The notes under the pieces were generated by a model, which had not been told where the DNA came from, did no database searches, and saw nothing but the letters and a program-made list of their open reading frames with translations. The translations under genes and the position numbers were made by a program. Below, piece by piece: positions 24,867 to 34,003 of a stretch of 64,000 bases of DNA. This DNA is from Vicinamibacteria bacterium (lineage in GTDB: Bacteria; Acidobacteriota; Vicinamibacteria; Marinacidobacterales; Marinacidobacteraceae). The DNA is taken from the NCBI GenBank assembly GCA_965232015.1, contig OZ246946.1, positions 60,688-124,687 of the forward strand, read 5' to 3'. Every line of letters starts with the position of its first letter. Position 1 is the first letter of the stretch.

Positions 24867-26518
24867 GATCCGGCCGTCTCGCGCTCACGACGGCGCTGCT
24901 CCTCGCGGCGCGCGCCCCGGCGCAGCCGGCAGACAGCCCGGTCGCGCCCGTCCTCGCCGACATCACCGAATCCTCCGGCGTCCGCTTCGTCCACGATCCC
25001 GGGGATCTGACAGGCTATCCGCTCGCCGCCATCATGGGAGCGGGGGCCGCACTCTTCGACGCCAACGACGATGGCGCGCTCGATCTCTATCTCGTCCAGT
25101 CGGGGCCCTTGCCACACCGTCGGAACAGCGTTTCCGGGTCGGAACTGCCCACCAACCGGCTCTACGTCCGAGAGGCCGACGGCCCCTGGCGGGACGCCAC
25201 CGACGAGAGCGGGCTCGGCGACACCGGCTACGGCGTGGGCGTCGCGGTGGGCGATGTGGACGGGGATGGAGATCCCGATGTATTCGTCGCGAATCACGGG
25301 GAAGATGCGCTCTATCTCGGGCAGAACGGTGTCTTCGAGCGCGCCGACGCCGGGCTGGACGACGCCCGCTGGTCCACCGCCTCGGCGCTGTGCGATTACG
25401 ACGCCGACGGGGATCTAGATCTCTACGTGGGCGGGTATCTGGTGGACCCGGACGGCAAGGAGTGCGTCAACTCCGCGGGCGAACCCGACTTCTGTTCCCC
25501 GCAAAGCCTTCCCTACGAGCGGGACGCGCTCTACCGCAATCGCGGCGACGGCCAATTCGATGACGTGTCGGGCGAGGCGGGGATCCTCGCCGAGCGGCGA
25601 CCGGCCCTCGGCGTCCTCTGTCACGACTTCACCGGGGACGGCCGACTCGACTTCTACGTGGCGAATGACGGGGAGCCGAACCTGCTGTGGGAGCAGGCGG
25701 CGGAGGGGGCGTTCGAGGATGCGGCGCTGATGCTCGGAACCGCGCTGAATGGGCAGGGGAGGGCGGAGGCGGGCATGGGCGTCGTGCTCGGAGATGTGGA
25801 CGGGGACGCGGACCTCGATCTCTACCTGACGCATCTGCGTGCGCAGACGAACACCCTCTACCGGAACCAGGGCCTCGGGTTTCTCGACGCGACTCCCGCC
25901 AGCGGTCTGGCGCTGCCCAGCCTGCCGCGCACCGGGTTCGGGGTCCGGTTCCTCGACCTCGAGCTCGACGGCGATCTGGATCTCCTGGTCCTGAACGGCG
26001 CGGTGGCGCGCGCCGAGGGGACGCCGCCCGGCCCCGGTCTTGATGCCTACGCCGAGACTGCGCAGGCCTTCGTCGGGGACGGGGCAGGGCGGTTCGAGCC
26101 GGTGGAAATCGCCGGGTTCACGGATCGCGCCGTCGTGGGGCGGAGTCTGCTCACCGGGGATCTGGACGGTGACGGAGATCTGGACGTCGTGACGACGGAG
26201 GTCGGCGGTCCGGTGCGTCTGTTCGAGAACCGCACCCCCCGCCGAGGCTCCTGGCTCGTCGTGGAACCAGTCGAGGAAGGCCGCTCGGCTCCCGGCGCCG
26301 TGGTCACGCTGGGGATCGAAGTCGCGGGAGGGTCTCGCGCTCTCGTCCGCCCGCTGAACCCGGAAGCGGGGTATCTGTCGTCGAGTGAAGCGGTGGTCCA
26401 TTTCGGGCTCCCGGCGGGCGCCCAGGCCACGGCGATCCGCGTCCGCTGGCCCGACGGCGACGTGACCGAGCACCCACCTCCGGCCGTGGACCGTCGCGTC
26501 CGCATCCAGCGACCGTAG
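24863..26518 (+). CDS. CRTAC1-family protein (FG-GAP/VCBS repeats plus ASPIC/UnbV C-terminal domain)
   Basis: ATG at 24863 overlaps the TPR stop (ATGA). Repeated GDVDGDGDPD / DYDADGDLDLY / GDLDGDGDLDVV motifs. C-terminal RGSWLVVEP...GAVVTL...GYLSSSEAVVHFGL. Confidence 0.85.
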   Translation: MRSGRLALTTALLLAARAPAQPADSPVAPVLADITESSGVRFVHDPGDLTGYPLAAIMGAGAALFDANDDGALDLYLVQSGPLPHRRNSVSGSELPTNRLYVREADGPWRDATDESGLGDTGYGVGVAVGDVDGDGDPDVFVANHGEDALYLGQNGVFERADAGLDDARWSTASALCDYDADGDLDLYVGGYLVDPDGKECVNSAGEPDFCSPQSLPYERDALYRNRGDGQFDDVSGEAGILAERRPALGVLCHDFTGDGRLDFYVANDGEPNLLWEQAAEGAFEDAALMLGTALNGQGRAEAGMGVVLGDVDGDADLDLYLTHLRAQTNTLYRNQGLGFLDATPASGLALPSLPRTGFGVRFLDLELDGDLDLLVLNGAVARAEGTPPGPGLDAYAETAQAFVGDGAGRFEPVEIAGFTDRAVVGRSLLTGDLDGDGDLDVVTTEVGGPVRLFENRTPRRGSWLVVEPVEEGRSAPGAVVTLGIEVAGGSRALVRPLNPEAGYLSSSEAVVHFGLPAGAQATAIRVRWPDGDVTEHPPPAVDRRVRIQRP

Positions 26519-26612
26519 GGAGCGCCGGACTCCAGTCCGGCAATCTGTCGAAGCGAAGCAGCCACTACGCGGCGCGTGCCGGACTGGAGTCCGGCGCTCC
26601 ACAGGGCGCTCC
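26517..26612. repeat. Repeat cluster R7: 82-bp element with perfect 24-bp inverted repeats between convergent genes
   Basis: GGAGCGCCGGACTCCAGTCCGGCA (26519-26542) is the exact reverse complement of 26577-26600. The 34-nt spacer contains ATCTGTCGAAGCGAA. Confidence 0.9.
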
Positions 26613-26617
26613 GGCGA

Positions 26618-26998
26618 TCACCTCTGGTTCTGGAGCTCGACGACGATGACCTCGATGGGCTCGTCTCCCTTGTTCACGTCGCCGTGGAGTTCGCCCGGCG
26701 GATCCCGATCCAGCCAGTAGGCGCTCCCGGACTCCCACTCCATGGGCTTCTCGCGCCCGTCCTCGTACACGACGTGCAGCGTTCCTCCCTTGAGCGCCAC
26801 GATCGCCCGCCCGTTCTCATGCCGATGCATCGAGAGCGGCTGATCCGGCATGATGATCGTCTTCCACACCCGGAGGTGCTCGTTTTCGAACTGCGGGATG
26901 CGGCGGCTCCGCTGCTCCGGCTCCTGTCCGCCGACGAGGGCGGCGCCGGAGACCGCGCCGATGGCGAGGCCGATGAGGAGGACGAGAAGGATTCGCAT
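26618..26998 (-). CDS. Secreted cupin-domain protein
   Basis: 126 aa with a signal peptide. HRHENGRAIVAL.GG and GELHGDVN.GDEPIEVIVVEL match a cupin beta-barrel pattern. Confidence 0.7.
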   Translation of the reverse strand: MRILLVLLIGLAIGAVSGAALVGGQEPEQRSRRIPQFENEHLRVWKTIIMPDQPLSMHRHENGRAIVALKGGTLHVVYEDGREKPMEWESGSAYWLDRDPPGELHGDVNKGDEPIEVIVVELQNQR

Positions 26999-27040
26999 GG
27001 TCTTTCTCCCGAGAAGGCTGACGGAGTTTCATCGCGTATC

Positions 27041-27100
27041 TTGCCGGGCCCCCACCGGGAGAACTGGCGCCGGACTCCAGTCCGGCAATTTGCAGCCCGC
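27041..27100. repeat. Repeat cluster R8
   Basis: CTTGCCGGGCCCCCACCGGGAGAACTGGCGCCGGACTCCAGTCCGGCAATTTGCAGCC. Confidence 0.9.
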
Positions 27101-27158
27101 GCCTTACCGGGCCCCACGGAGCCGGAGGCGATGACGTTCATCGCGTAGGCTATTCGTC

Positions 27159-28238
27159 ATGCGGTTCCGCGTCGAAATCCTCCGCCCGCTCGCGGCGCTC
27201 ACGCTCGCGTTCATCGCGGCGAGCCTCGGGTGCAGTCCTCCCGCGGCAGGCCCGGCGCCGTCCGCCGAGCCCGACACCCGCTACCGGCTCGCCACCTACC
27301 GCGCTTCCGACGCCGGGGACGGCGCGCCGCGCCCGGCCATCGTGATCGGGGACGAGATCCTCGATCTTGCCGCGGCGGACGCGCTCGTCGCCGGCGAGAG
27401 CGGGATGGCGCCGTTCGACTTCGGTTCCGGGCTGATGGAGGTGATCGCGGCGGGCGACGAGGCGGTTCAGCGCCTGAACCGGATCGCGAACCACCTCGCC
27501 GGACGCGAGGGCGGCCTCCGGTTCCGGATCGAGCCCCACCGGCTCGCCGCACCGCTCCTCTACCCGGCGAATCTGCTCGCCGCCGCCGCGAACTACCGCT
27601 CCCACGCCGCCGAGATGGAGGTTCGGCGCGACATCGAACCGGACCGCGACTTCCCCTACCTCTTCGCCAAGTCCCCCCGTTCCTCGATCATCGGCCCCGG
27701 CGAGTCGTATCGCATTCCGCCGGGACGGGACCGGATCGACTGGGAAGGGGAACTCGGCGTCGTCATCGGCAAGACGGCCAGCCGGGTCTCCAGGGACGAG
27801 GCCCTCGACCACGTCTTCGGCTACACGATCGTTTTCGACGTCAGCGACCGCGGTGGGCGGTTCCGGGGAGACCCCATGTTTCCGGGCCCCGACTGGTTCT
27901 CCGGGAAGAGCGGCGACCGCGCCGCCCCGATGGGTCCCTTCGTCACTCCGCGAGCCTTCCTCCCCGATCCCCAGGCGCTCCGCATCGAGACCCGGGTGGA
28001 CGACCGGGTCGTTCAGGACGGCGCCACCGCCGACATGATCTGGTCGGTGGCGCATCTCGTCGCCTACGCCAGCGAGATCATGACCCTCCATCCGGGGGAC
28101 GTGATCGCCACCGGGACCCCGGACGGCGTGGGCTCGGCGCGCAACCCACCCGAATTCCTCAGCGCGGGACAGACGGTCCACATCCGGATCGAGGGCATCG
28201 GCACGCTCTCGACGCCGATCAAGGCGGCGTCCCGGTGA
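27159..28238 (+). CDS. Fumarylacetoacetate-hydrolase (FAH)-family protein with lipoprotein signal
   Basis: Lipobox SLGC. FAH core DWEGELGVVIGK, FGYTIVFDVSDR and LHPGDVIATGTPDGVG. Confidence 0.85.
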   Translation: MRFRVEILRPLAALTLAFIAASLGCSPPAAGPAPSAEPDTRYRLATYRASDAGDGAPRPAIVIGDEILDLAAADALVAGESGMAPFDFGSGLMEVIAAGDEAVQRLNRIANHLAGREGGLRFRIEPHRLAAPLLYPANLLAAAANYRSHAAEMEVRRDIEPDRDFPYLFAKSPRSSIIGPGESYRIPPGRDRIDWEGELGVVIGKTASRVSRDEALDHVFGYTIVFDVSDRGGRFRGDPMFPGPDWFSGKSGDRAAPMGPFVTPRAFLPDPQALRIETRVDDRVVQDGATADMIWSVAHLVAYASEIMTLHPGDVIATGTPDGVGSARNPPEFLSAGQTVHIRIEGIGTLSTPIKAASR

Positions 28239-29275
28239 GTCGTCGCGCTCTCGCGGTTCTCACGCTGCTCGCGCTCCTCGGCCCGTCCGCCGAATCGTCC
28301 GGCTACCGGTTCCGCGGGCACCGCTGGATCGTCAGCTCGGACGACGCGCTGCGGTGGGATCCATTTCCTCTCCGCTTCCGGATGCTGGAGAACGAGAATC
28401 TCCCCGACGGCATCGGCGTCACGGCGGACGAGTGGCGGGCGGTGGTCTCCCGGGCCGCCGACCGCTGGAACGAGGTACCTACCGCGACCATCGCGATCCA
28501 ACTCGATCCGACCGGCGTCGCACTCGACCGGGCCGATAGCGATGACGGCGTGAACACTTTCGGTTTTTCGAGCGACGAGACGTTCGCCGACTCCTGGTTC
28601 ACCGCGTTCGCCGCGTGGCGCTTTGATGGCGATCAGCTCGTCGGCTGCGACATCGAGGTGAACCCCGATTTCGTGAAGAACTGGTCGCCGCAGGATCCGG
28701 TGCGGCTGCTCGAGATCATCGCCATCCACGAGATCGGCCATTGCCTCGGGCTCGGACATACGGAGCCGCATCCGATGCCGCTGTGGACCGAGGATCCGTT
28801 CGAGGCGGAGCCGTCCTTCCTCCCCGATCCGGTCATGTCGTATTCGAACAGCTATGGGCTGGAACTCTCGGCGGACGAGGTGACCGCGGTGTCACTCCTC
28901 TATCCGTCGCCCGGATTCGTGGGAAGTCGCGGTGCGGTCGCCGGCGCGGTGCGTCTCGACGGCGCCCCCGCCACCTTCGCCTACGTCCAGGCGGTCCGCC
29001 CCGGCGCCGATGGGAGTCGCGCCGGGCCCGGCCCGGGTGTCTTCGCCGACGAGGGCGGCGTCTTCTTCCTCGAGGGGCTCGAGCCGGGAGACTGGATCCT
29101 CTGGATCCATCCCGTCCTCGTCGTGCGGCGCAACGCCCACGGGTCGCTGCTGACGCAGTCCGTCGAGGCGGGTGTACTCGAGGCGCGGGACCGGTGGCGG
29201 TGGGTGACGGTCGAGGCGGGCGAAGTGCGCTCCGGAGTCGAGATCAACCTGCGGCGCGGCCGGGAGGGGAGTTGA
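28235..29275 (+). CDS. Secreted matrixin-like zinc metalloprotease (HExxHxxGxxH) with C-terminal carboxypeptidase-regulatory-like segment
   Basis: GTG at 28235 overlaps the FAH stop (GTGA). Signal peptide. IAIHEIGHCLGLGHTEPH zinc motif with a Met-turn region (PVMSY). Confidence 0.75.
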   Translation: MSRRALAVLTLLALLGPSAESSGYRFRGHRWIVSSDDALRWDPFPLRFRMLENENLPDGIGVTADEWRAVVSRAADRWNEVPTATIAIQLDPTGVALDRADSDDGVNTFGFSSDETFADSWFTAFAAWRFDGDQLVGCDIEVNPDFVKNWSPQDPVRLLEIIAIHEIGHCLGLGHTEPHPMPLWTEDPFEAEPSFLPDPVMSYSNSYGLELSADEVTAVSLLYPSPGFVGSRGAVAGAVRLDGAPATFAYVQAVRPGADGSRAGPGPGVFADEGGVFFLEGLEPGDWILWIHPVLVVRRNAHGSLLTQSVEAGVLEARDRWRWVTVEAGEVRSGVEINLRRGREGS

Positions 29276-29276
29276 A

Positions 29277-29759
29277 GTGCGCTTTCTGACGCTCCTTGCC
29301 GCCGTGGCCGGATTGCTCCTCCCCGTGACGGGGTGCGACGATGGAGGCGCGCCGGCGCCGATCGCTCCGGCCCCCACGCCTCCCCCACCCACCACCCCGG
29401 CGCCGGAACCGGAGCCTTCGACCTGCGGGGGGATCCTCGTCGCCGAGGTCTTCGACTCGGGAGGACGCCCCTTCTCGGTCGCCGAAGTCGTCCTGCAGGC
29501 GCACCCGGACACCGAGCTCGAGATCGTCAGCCCTTACACCGTGGTCGTACCGGACGGCGGGGACAACCTCGACGTTCCCGGTCTGAGACCCACCGTGGGA
29601 GCGTTCTTTTCCGGCTTCGGGTTCCGTCGGTTTCCCGGCGGGGGCATCCACCAGACCTTTCGGGTCCAGTGGACGGGGACGCTCGAGCTCCGTGCCGAAG
29701 CGCCGGACTGCCCGCCGTTCAGCGTGACCTGCACCTCCGCGCAGTGCGAGAGGCGCTGA
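29277..29759 (+). CDS. Hypothetical lipoprotein
   Basis: GTG start 1 nt after the protease stop. Lipobox PVTGC followed by a Pro/Ala-rich linker. No family recognised. Confidence 0.55.
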   Translation: MRFLTLLAAVAGLLLPVTGCDDGGAPAPIAPAPTPPPPTTPAPEPEPSTCGGILVAEVFDSGGRPFSVAEVVLQAHPDTELEIVSPYTVVVPDGGDNLDVPGLRPTVGAFFSGFGFRRFPGGGIHQTFRVQWTGTLELRAEAPDCPPFSVTCTSAQCERR

Positions 29760-29772
29760 CGAGCTGACGGGC

Positions 29773-31065
29773 TTACGACCGGTCGATCGCTAGGACCGTC
29801 CGCCGCAGCATCTCCGCACCCAGCGCGCAGTCCTCCCAGGAGGTCCACTCCTCGGGGGCGTGGCTGATCCCGTCCCGGCTGGGCACGAAGATCATCGCGG
29901 TGGGGATCCCGTGCCGGGCGGTGTTCTGGGCGTCGTGCCCGGCGCGGCTCGGCATCGGGACCGGTTCTTGGTCCAACTCCCGCGCCTCGCGCGCCACCAG
30001 CGCCCGAAGGCCCGGGTCCATCCACGCCGCCGGCTCTTCGAGGGTGCGCTCGATCCCGATGCTGCACCCGGTCTCCCCCGCCAGCGCTGCTCCTCGCTCG
30101 CCGATGCAACGAATCAGGCTCTCGACCACGCTGTCTTCGAGGTCGCGCAGCTCGATGGGAAGCCCGACTTCTCCCGGGACGACGTTGGCCGCGTCGGGGG
30201 TCACCGAGACCTGCCCGATGTTCCCCACCTGCCCGCCGGGGAGCCGGCGGATTTCCTCGTGCGCGGCCACGATGAGCCGGGCTGCGGTCAGGAGGGCGTC
30301 GCGCCGCTCCGCCATCGGCGTCGTCCCCGCGTGGTTCTGGATCCCCCGGATCCGCGCCTCGAACCGGTGGATTCCCACGATGCCATCCACCACTCCGAGC
30401 CGCGCGCCCTGCCGATCCAGCGTTCCGCCCTGCTCCACGTGGAGCTCGATCACGGCCCGCACCGCGCGCGGGTCGAGCACTGCCCTCTCGACCCGCCGCG
30501 GGTCGAGTTGGTAGCGCACCATCCAGTCGGCGAGGCTCTCGCCCTCCCGGTCGGTGCGGTGGAGGTCGGGTTCGATGGCGCCCGATGTCGCCGCCCGGCT
30601 CCCGAACAGGCCGCCTCCGAAGTGGGCGCCCTCCTCGTCGCACCACACGACCATCTCGAGCGGATGGCGGGTCGCGACCCCCTGCTCGGCCAGCGACCGC
30701 AGGACCTCGAGCGCCGCGAGCACACCGAGCGCCCCGTCGAAGTGGCCGCCGCGGGGCACGGTGTCCAGGTGGGAGCCGAACAGGATCACCGGGAGGTCCT
30801 CTCGCCCCGGTCGGCACCCGAACAGGTTCCCCACCGCGTCCGTGCGCACCGAGAGCCCGACGCGCTCCATCTCGCCGGTCAACCAGGCGCGCGCGGCGAG
30901 GTCCGCCTCGGAGAAGGCGAGCCGCGCCGCCCCCCCGTCGGGATGCGCCCCGAATCGCGAGAGCGCGACCAGATCCGTCCGCAGTCGCCCGCCGTTCACT
31001 GCGAGGGGAGGGTCCGGAGGTCTGCCGGCTGGATCCTCGCCGCCGACCGGAAACAATCTGTCCAC
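29773..31065 (-). CDS. M20-family Zn-dependent amidase (allantoate amidohydrolase / N-carbamoyl-L-amino-acid hydrolase type)
   Basis: GTG start. FGSHLDTVPRGGHFDGALG, VVWCDEEG and GHDAQNTA motifs typical of hydantoinase/carbamoylase-family amidases. Confidence 0.85.
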   Translation of the reverse strand: MDRLFPVGGEDPAGRPPDPPLAVNGGRLRTDLVALSRFGAHPDGGAARLAFSEADLAARAWLTGEMERVGLSVRTDAVGNLFGCRPGREDLPVILFGSHLDTVPRGGHFDGALGVLAALEVLRSLAEQGVATRHPLEMVVWCDEEGAHFGGGLFGSRAATSGAIEPDLHRTDREGESLADWMVRYQLDPRRVERAVLDPRAVRAVIELHVEQGGTLDRQGARLGVVDGIVGIHRFEARIRGIQNHAGTTPMAERRDALLTAARLIVAAHEEIRRLPGGQVGNIGQVSVTPDAANVVPGEVGLPIELRDLEDSVVESLIRCIGERGAALAGETGCSIGIERTLEEPAAWMDPGLRALVAREARELDQEPVPMPSRAGHDAQNTARHGIPTAMIFVPSRDGISHAPEEWTSWEDCALGAEMLRRTVLAIDRS

Positions 31066-31124
31066 CCGCGGGGTTATACCTTTACCGGCGCGGCGCCACC
31101 CTTCCCCCCGCCCCCCACCCTCTG

Positions 31125-31811
31125 ATGTTCTTCTTCGACCCCCTCTACTTCATCCTCCTCGCTCCCGGCCTCGCGCTCACCCTGTGGGCCACGTTCAAGG
31201 TGAAGAGCACGTTCAAACGCTACAACCGGGTTCCGGTGAGCAGCCGCCGCAGCGGGCGGGAAGCCGCCGAGTTCCTGTTGCGGCGGCAGGGGGTGAACAT
31301 TCCGGTCGAGGAACACCCCGGGAGTCTCTCCGACCACTACGACCCCTCCGTGCGGGCGTTGCGGCTCTCGCCCGAGGTCTATCACGGGCGCACGGTGGGG
31401 GCGGTTGCAGTCGCTGCTCACGAAGTGGGGCACGCGCTCCAGCACCACACCGGCTACCAGCCGCTGTTGTTCCGGCAGACGCTCGCCCGCCCGGCGGCGT
31501 TCGCCTCGAACGTGTCGTGGATCATCCTGCTCGGCGGCTTTCTGCTCGGGGCCGCCGGCCTCGTTCAGGTGGGAGTGATCCTGTTCTCGATCGTCGTCCT
31601 GTTCCAGGTCGTGACGCTGCCGGTGGAGCTGAACGCCTCGCGTCGGGCCAAGTCGCTGGTCTGGGAGACGGCGCTGATCTCGCCGGGCGAGCGGGTCGGG
31701 GTCCAGCGCGTCCTGACGGCGGCTGCGATGACCTATGTGGCGGCCGCCCTGACGGGCATCCTCACGCTGCTCTACTACCTGCTCCGATCCGGCCTCCTCT
31801 CCGACGACTAG
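31125..31811 (+). CDS. YugP-like membrane zinc metallopeptidase (Zn_peptidase_2)
   Basis: ATG at 31125. MFFFDPLYFIL, DHYDP, AVAAHEVGHALQH (HExxH), and C-terminal TM helices with LPVELNASRRA. Confidence 0.85.
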   Translation: MFFFDPLYFILLAPGLALTLWATFKVKSTFKRYNRVPVSSRRSGREAAEFLLRRQGVNIPVEEHPGSLSDHYDPSVRALRLSPEVYHGRTVGAVAVAAHEVGHALQHHTGYQPLLFRQTLARPAAFASNVSWIILLGGFLLGAAGLVQVGVILFSIVVLFQVVTLPVELNASRRAKSLVWETALISPGERVGVQRVLTAAAMTYVAAALTGILTLLYYLLRSGLLSDD

Positions 31812-31819
31812 ATAGGGGG

Positions 31820-32038
31820 GACTGCCGGCGCGCCGGCCTCCAGTCCCCTGCCGGCGCGCCGGACTCCAGTCCGGCAATTCCGACCGGCACCTCCCACGCC
31901 GCTGCCGGCGCGCCGGACTCCAGTCCGGCAATTTGCAGCCGGCGCCTCCCTGCCGGCGCGTCTTGCCGGCGCGCCGGACTCCAGTCTGGCACCGAGGGCG
32001 TGAAGCCACCCGGCGTGCCGGACTGGAGTCCGGCGTTC
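31820..32038. repeat. Repeat cluster R9
   Basis: Several CTGCCGGCGCGCCGGACTCCAGTCCGGCAATT units. Right end is GTGCCGGACTGGAGTCCGGCGTTCC, abutting the stop of the downstream minus-strand gene. Confidence 0.9.
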
Positions 32039-32040
32039 CT

Positions 32041-33705
32041 CTAGTTCTGCTGCTCGGTCGTGTCCGCCTCGACGACGGCCATCGCGTCCGCGAGACCCGG
32101 CAGGTCCGGTCCCCGCTCGGGCGTCCCGAGAAGCTGCTCGTAGAAGTCGCGCGCGGCTTCCTCGTCACCTGTCGCCGTCGCAGCCCGAGCCGCGCCGTAG
32201 AGCGAGTGGGGCCGCCTGGCGGTCCGCATCAGGGAAGCCTCGAAAACGGCCAGCGCCTCCTCCGCCTCACCGGCGTCGAGAAGCGCCTCGCCCAGCAGTT
32301 CATGCGCGGGCTGGATGGGGGAGTCGATCGGGGACTCGCCCGGCGGGCCCGACGGAGGCTCCATGCCCTCCGCCACTGCGACCGCTTTCCGGAACTCGGC
32401 GATCGCACTCGACGCATCGCCCTTCGCCTGCGCCAGCAGTCCGGCCATCTCGTGGGCCATCACCAGCGCCTGCTCGGCGCCGCGCGGGTTCTCCATGCCG
32501 GCGAGCATCTCGTGCATCTCCATGAGTCCCCTGGCCGCCTTCTCCGCGGTCTCGGTGTCGCCGGTCGCCGCAGCGCTGGCGCCGCGGGCGTAGATCATCG
32601 CTCCGGCGGTCCGGTGCCCGACGGAAGGCTCCTCGGAGGTGAGACCGGCGACCAACTCATCCACCGGCCCCGGCTTCCACTTGCGCGCCTCGACCGTGTT
32701 CAGCGCGTCCATCCGCATCCAGGTCTCCTTGACCGACTGAAGCGTCTCGTCGCGCTGGACGGTCGCGTTGAGCTCGTCGAGCACCTGCTGGCCCTCGTCG
32801 TAGCGACCCTCCTGGAGGTAGGCGTAGAGCAGCCAGTAGAGCGCGTGGTACGAGTAACGCATCTCGGACAGGCCCTTGCGCTGGGCCCGATCCACGGACG
32901 CCTGGAAGGAGCGGTCGTTCAGCGCCCGCACCTGATCCCACATCCCGTGCTGGACGAAGATGTGCGACGGCATGTGGAGCGCATGAACCGCCGCCGGGGC
33001 GATGTCGGCGTACTTCTCGGCGGCATAGAGCGCCACCGGGGCATGGACCGGATCGTCGTAGGCGTGGATCACGTAGTGCGCCGCGCCGGGGTGGTCCGGG
33101 TTCGCCCGGAACACGGCCTGCGCGATCGCGCCGGCGCGCATGTCCACGCGACGGCTCTCGGGGCCCCGCACCCTGGTCCGCATCAGGGCCAGCGAATGGA
33201 AGGCGGCCGCTTCGAGGTCATCCGGGTAGTCTGCGGACAACTTCGCGAGCGCCGCCTCGTAGCCGTCGGACCGCTCCTGCAGATCTCCGGGGCCATAGAG
33301 GATGTGGACCGACTCCAGATACTGCTTCTCGCGATCGGTCGGCGCCTTGGCGACGCGCTCGGCTCGCGTGCGTCCCAGCTTCAGGAGCGCGTCACGCGCC
33401 TCGGACATGTCCTGGCCGGGCGGGTAGTGATGGCCACCGGTGTGGCTGAGCGCCTCGCCCCAGTAGGCGAGAGCGAAATCGGGGTCGGCGGCCTGGGCGC
33501 GCTGGAAGGCCTCGGCGGCATCCTCCCACTCGAAGCTGTGGAGGAGGCGCACCCCGTCGAGGAAGTCTTTCTGTGCTTCCTCGGCCCCCGAGTTGGGGAA
33601 CGAGACCGTGCCCAGGCCGCTCGACTGGGCCAGGGCGGGCGAGGCTGCGAGGACGACCGCGGCGCCCACCGCAGCCGCCATACACCGGGAACGAATCTTC
33701 TTCAT
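32041..33705 (-). CDS. Secreted TPR-like helical-repeat protein
   Basis: Start MKKIRSR (cat 33703-33705) with signal peptide ...ALAQ. Repeated A/E/L-rich helical hairpins and a conserved-looking HYVIHAYDDP...HMPSHIF core. The 102 upstream codons of the track ORF lie in repeat R10. Confidence 0.7.
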   Translation of the reverse strand: MKKIRSRCMAAAVGAAVVLAASPALAQSSGLGTVSFPNSGAEEAQKDFLDGVRLLHSFEWEDAAEAFQRAQAADPDFALAYWGEALSHTGGHHYPPGQDMSEARDALLKLGRTRAERVAKAPTDREKQYLESVHILYGPGDLQERSDGYEAALAKLSADYPDDLEAAAFHSLALMRTRVRGPESRRVDMRAGAIAQAVFRANPDHPGAAHYVIHAYDDPVHAPVALYAAEKYADIAPAAVHALHMPSHIFVQHGMWDQVRALNDRSFQASVDRAQRKGLSEMRYSYHALYWLLYAYLQEGRYDEGQQVLDELNATVQRDETLQSVKETWMRMDALNTVEARKWKPGPVDELVAGLTSEEPSVGHRTAGAMIYARGASAAATGDTETAEKAARGLMEMHEMLAGMENPRGAEQALVMAHEMAGLLAQAKGDASSAIAEFRKAVAVAEGMEPPSGPPGESPIDSPIQPAHELLGEALLDAGEAEEALAVFEASLMRTARRPHSLYGAARAATATGDEEAARDFYEQLLGTPERGPDLPGLADAMAVVEADTTEQQN

Positions 33706-33783
33706 GGGGGAGCTCTCCTCTCGGGACATGGGGTACCGAAACCGACCCATTTTTTCAGACCCGACGCCTTCCCGGCAACCGCC

Positions 33784-33985
33784 ATATGGAGCGCCCGGGC
33801 GCCGGACTCCAGTCCCTTGCCGGGCCCCCACCGGGAGAACTGGCGCCGGACTCCAGTCCGGCAATTCACAAAGGGGGGTGCGCATCCCGGTGCCGCTCTG
33901 GAGAGCGGCGCTCCATACTGCCGGCGCGCCGGACTCCGCCAGTTCTCCGGGTGGGGGCCCGGCAATCTGTCGAAGCGAAAGCGCC
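33784..33985. repeat. Repeat cluster R10
   Basis: ATATGGAGCGCC...GCCGGACTCCAGTCCCTTGCCGGGCCCCCACCGGGAGAACTGGCGCCGGACTCCAGTCCGGCAATTC ... CTCTGGAGAGCGGCGCTCCAT ... CCAGTTCTCCGGGTGGGGGCCCGGCAATCTGTCGAAGCGAA. Confidence 0.9.
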
Positions 33986-34003
33986 ATTGGACGCCGCCGG
34001 CCC

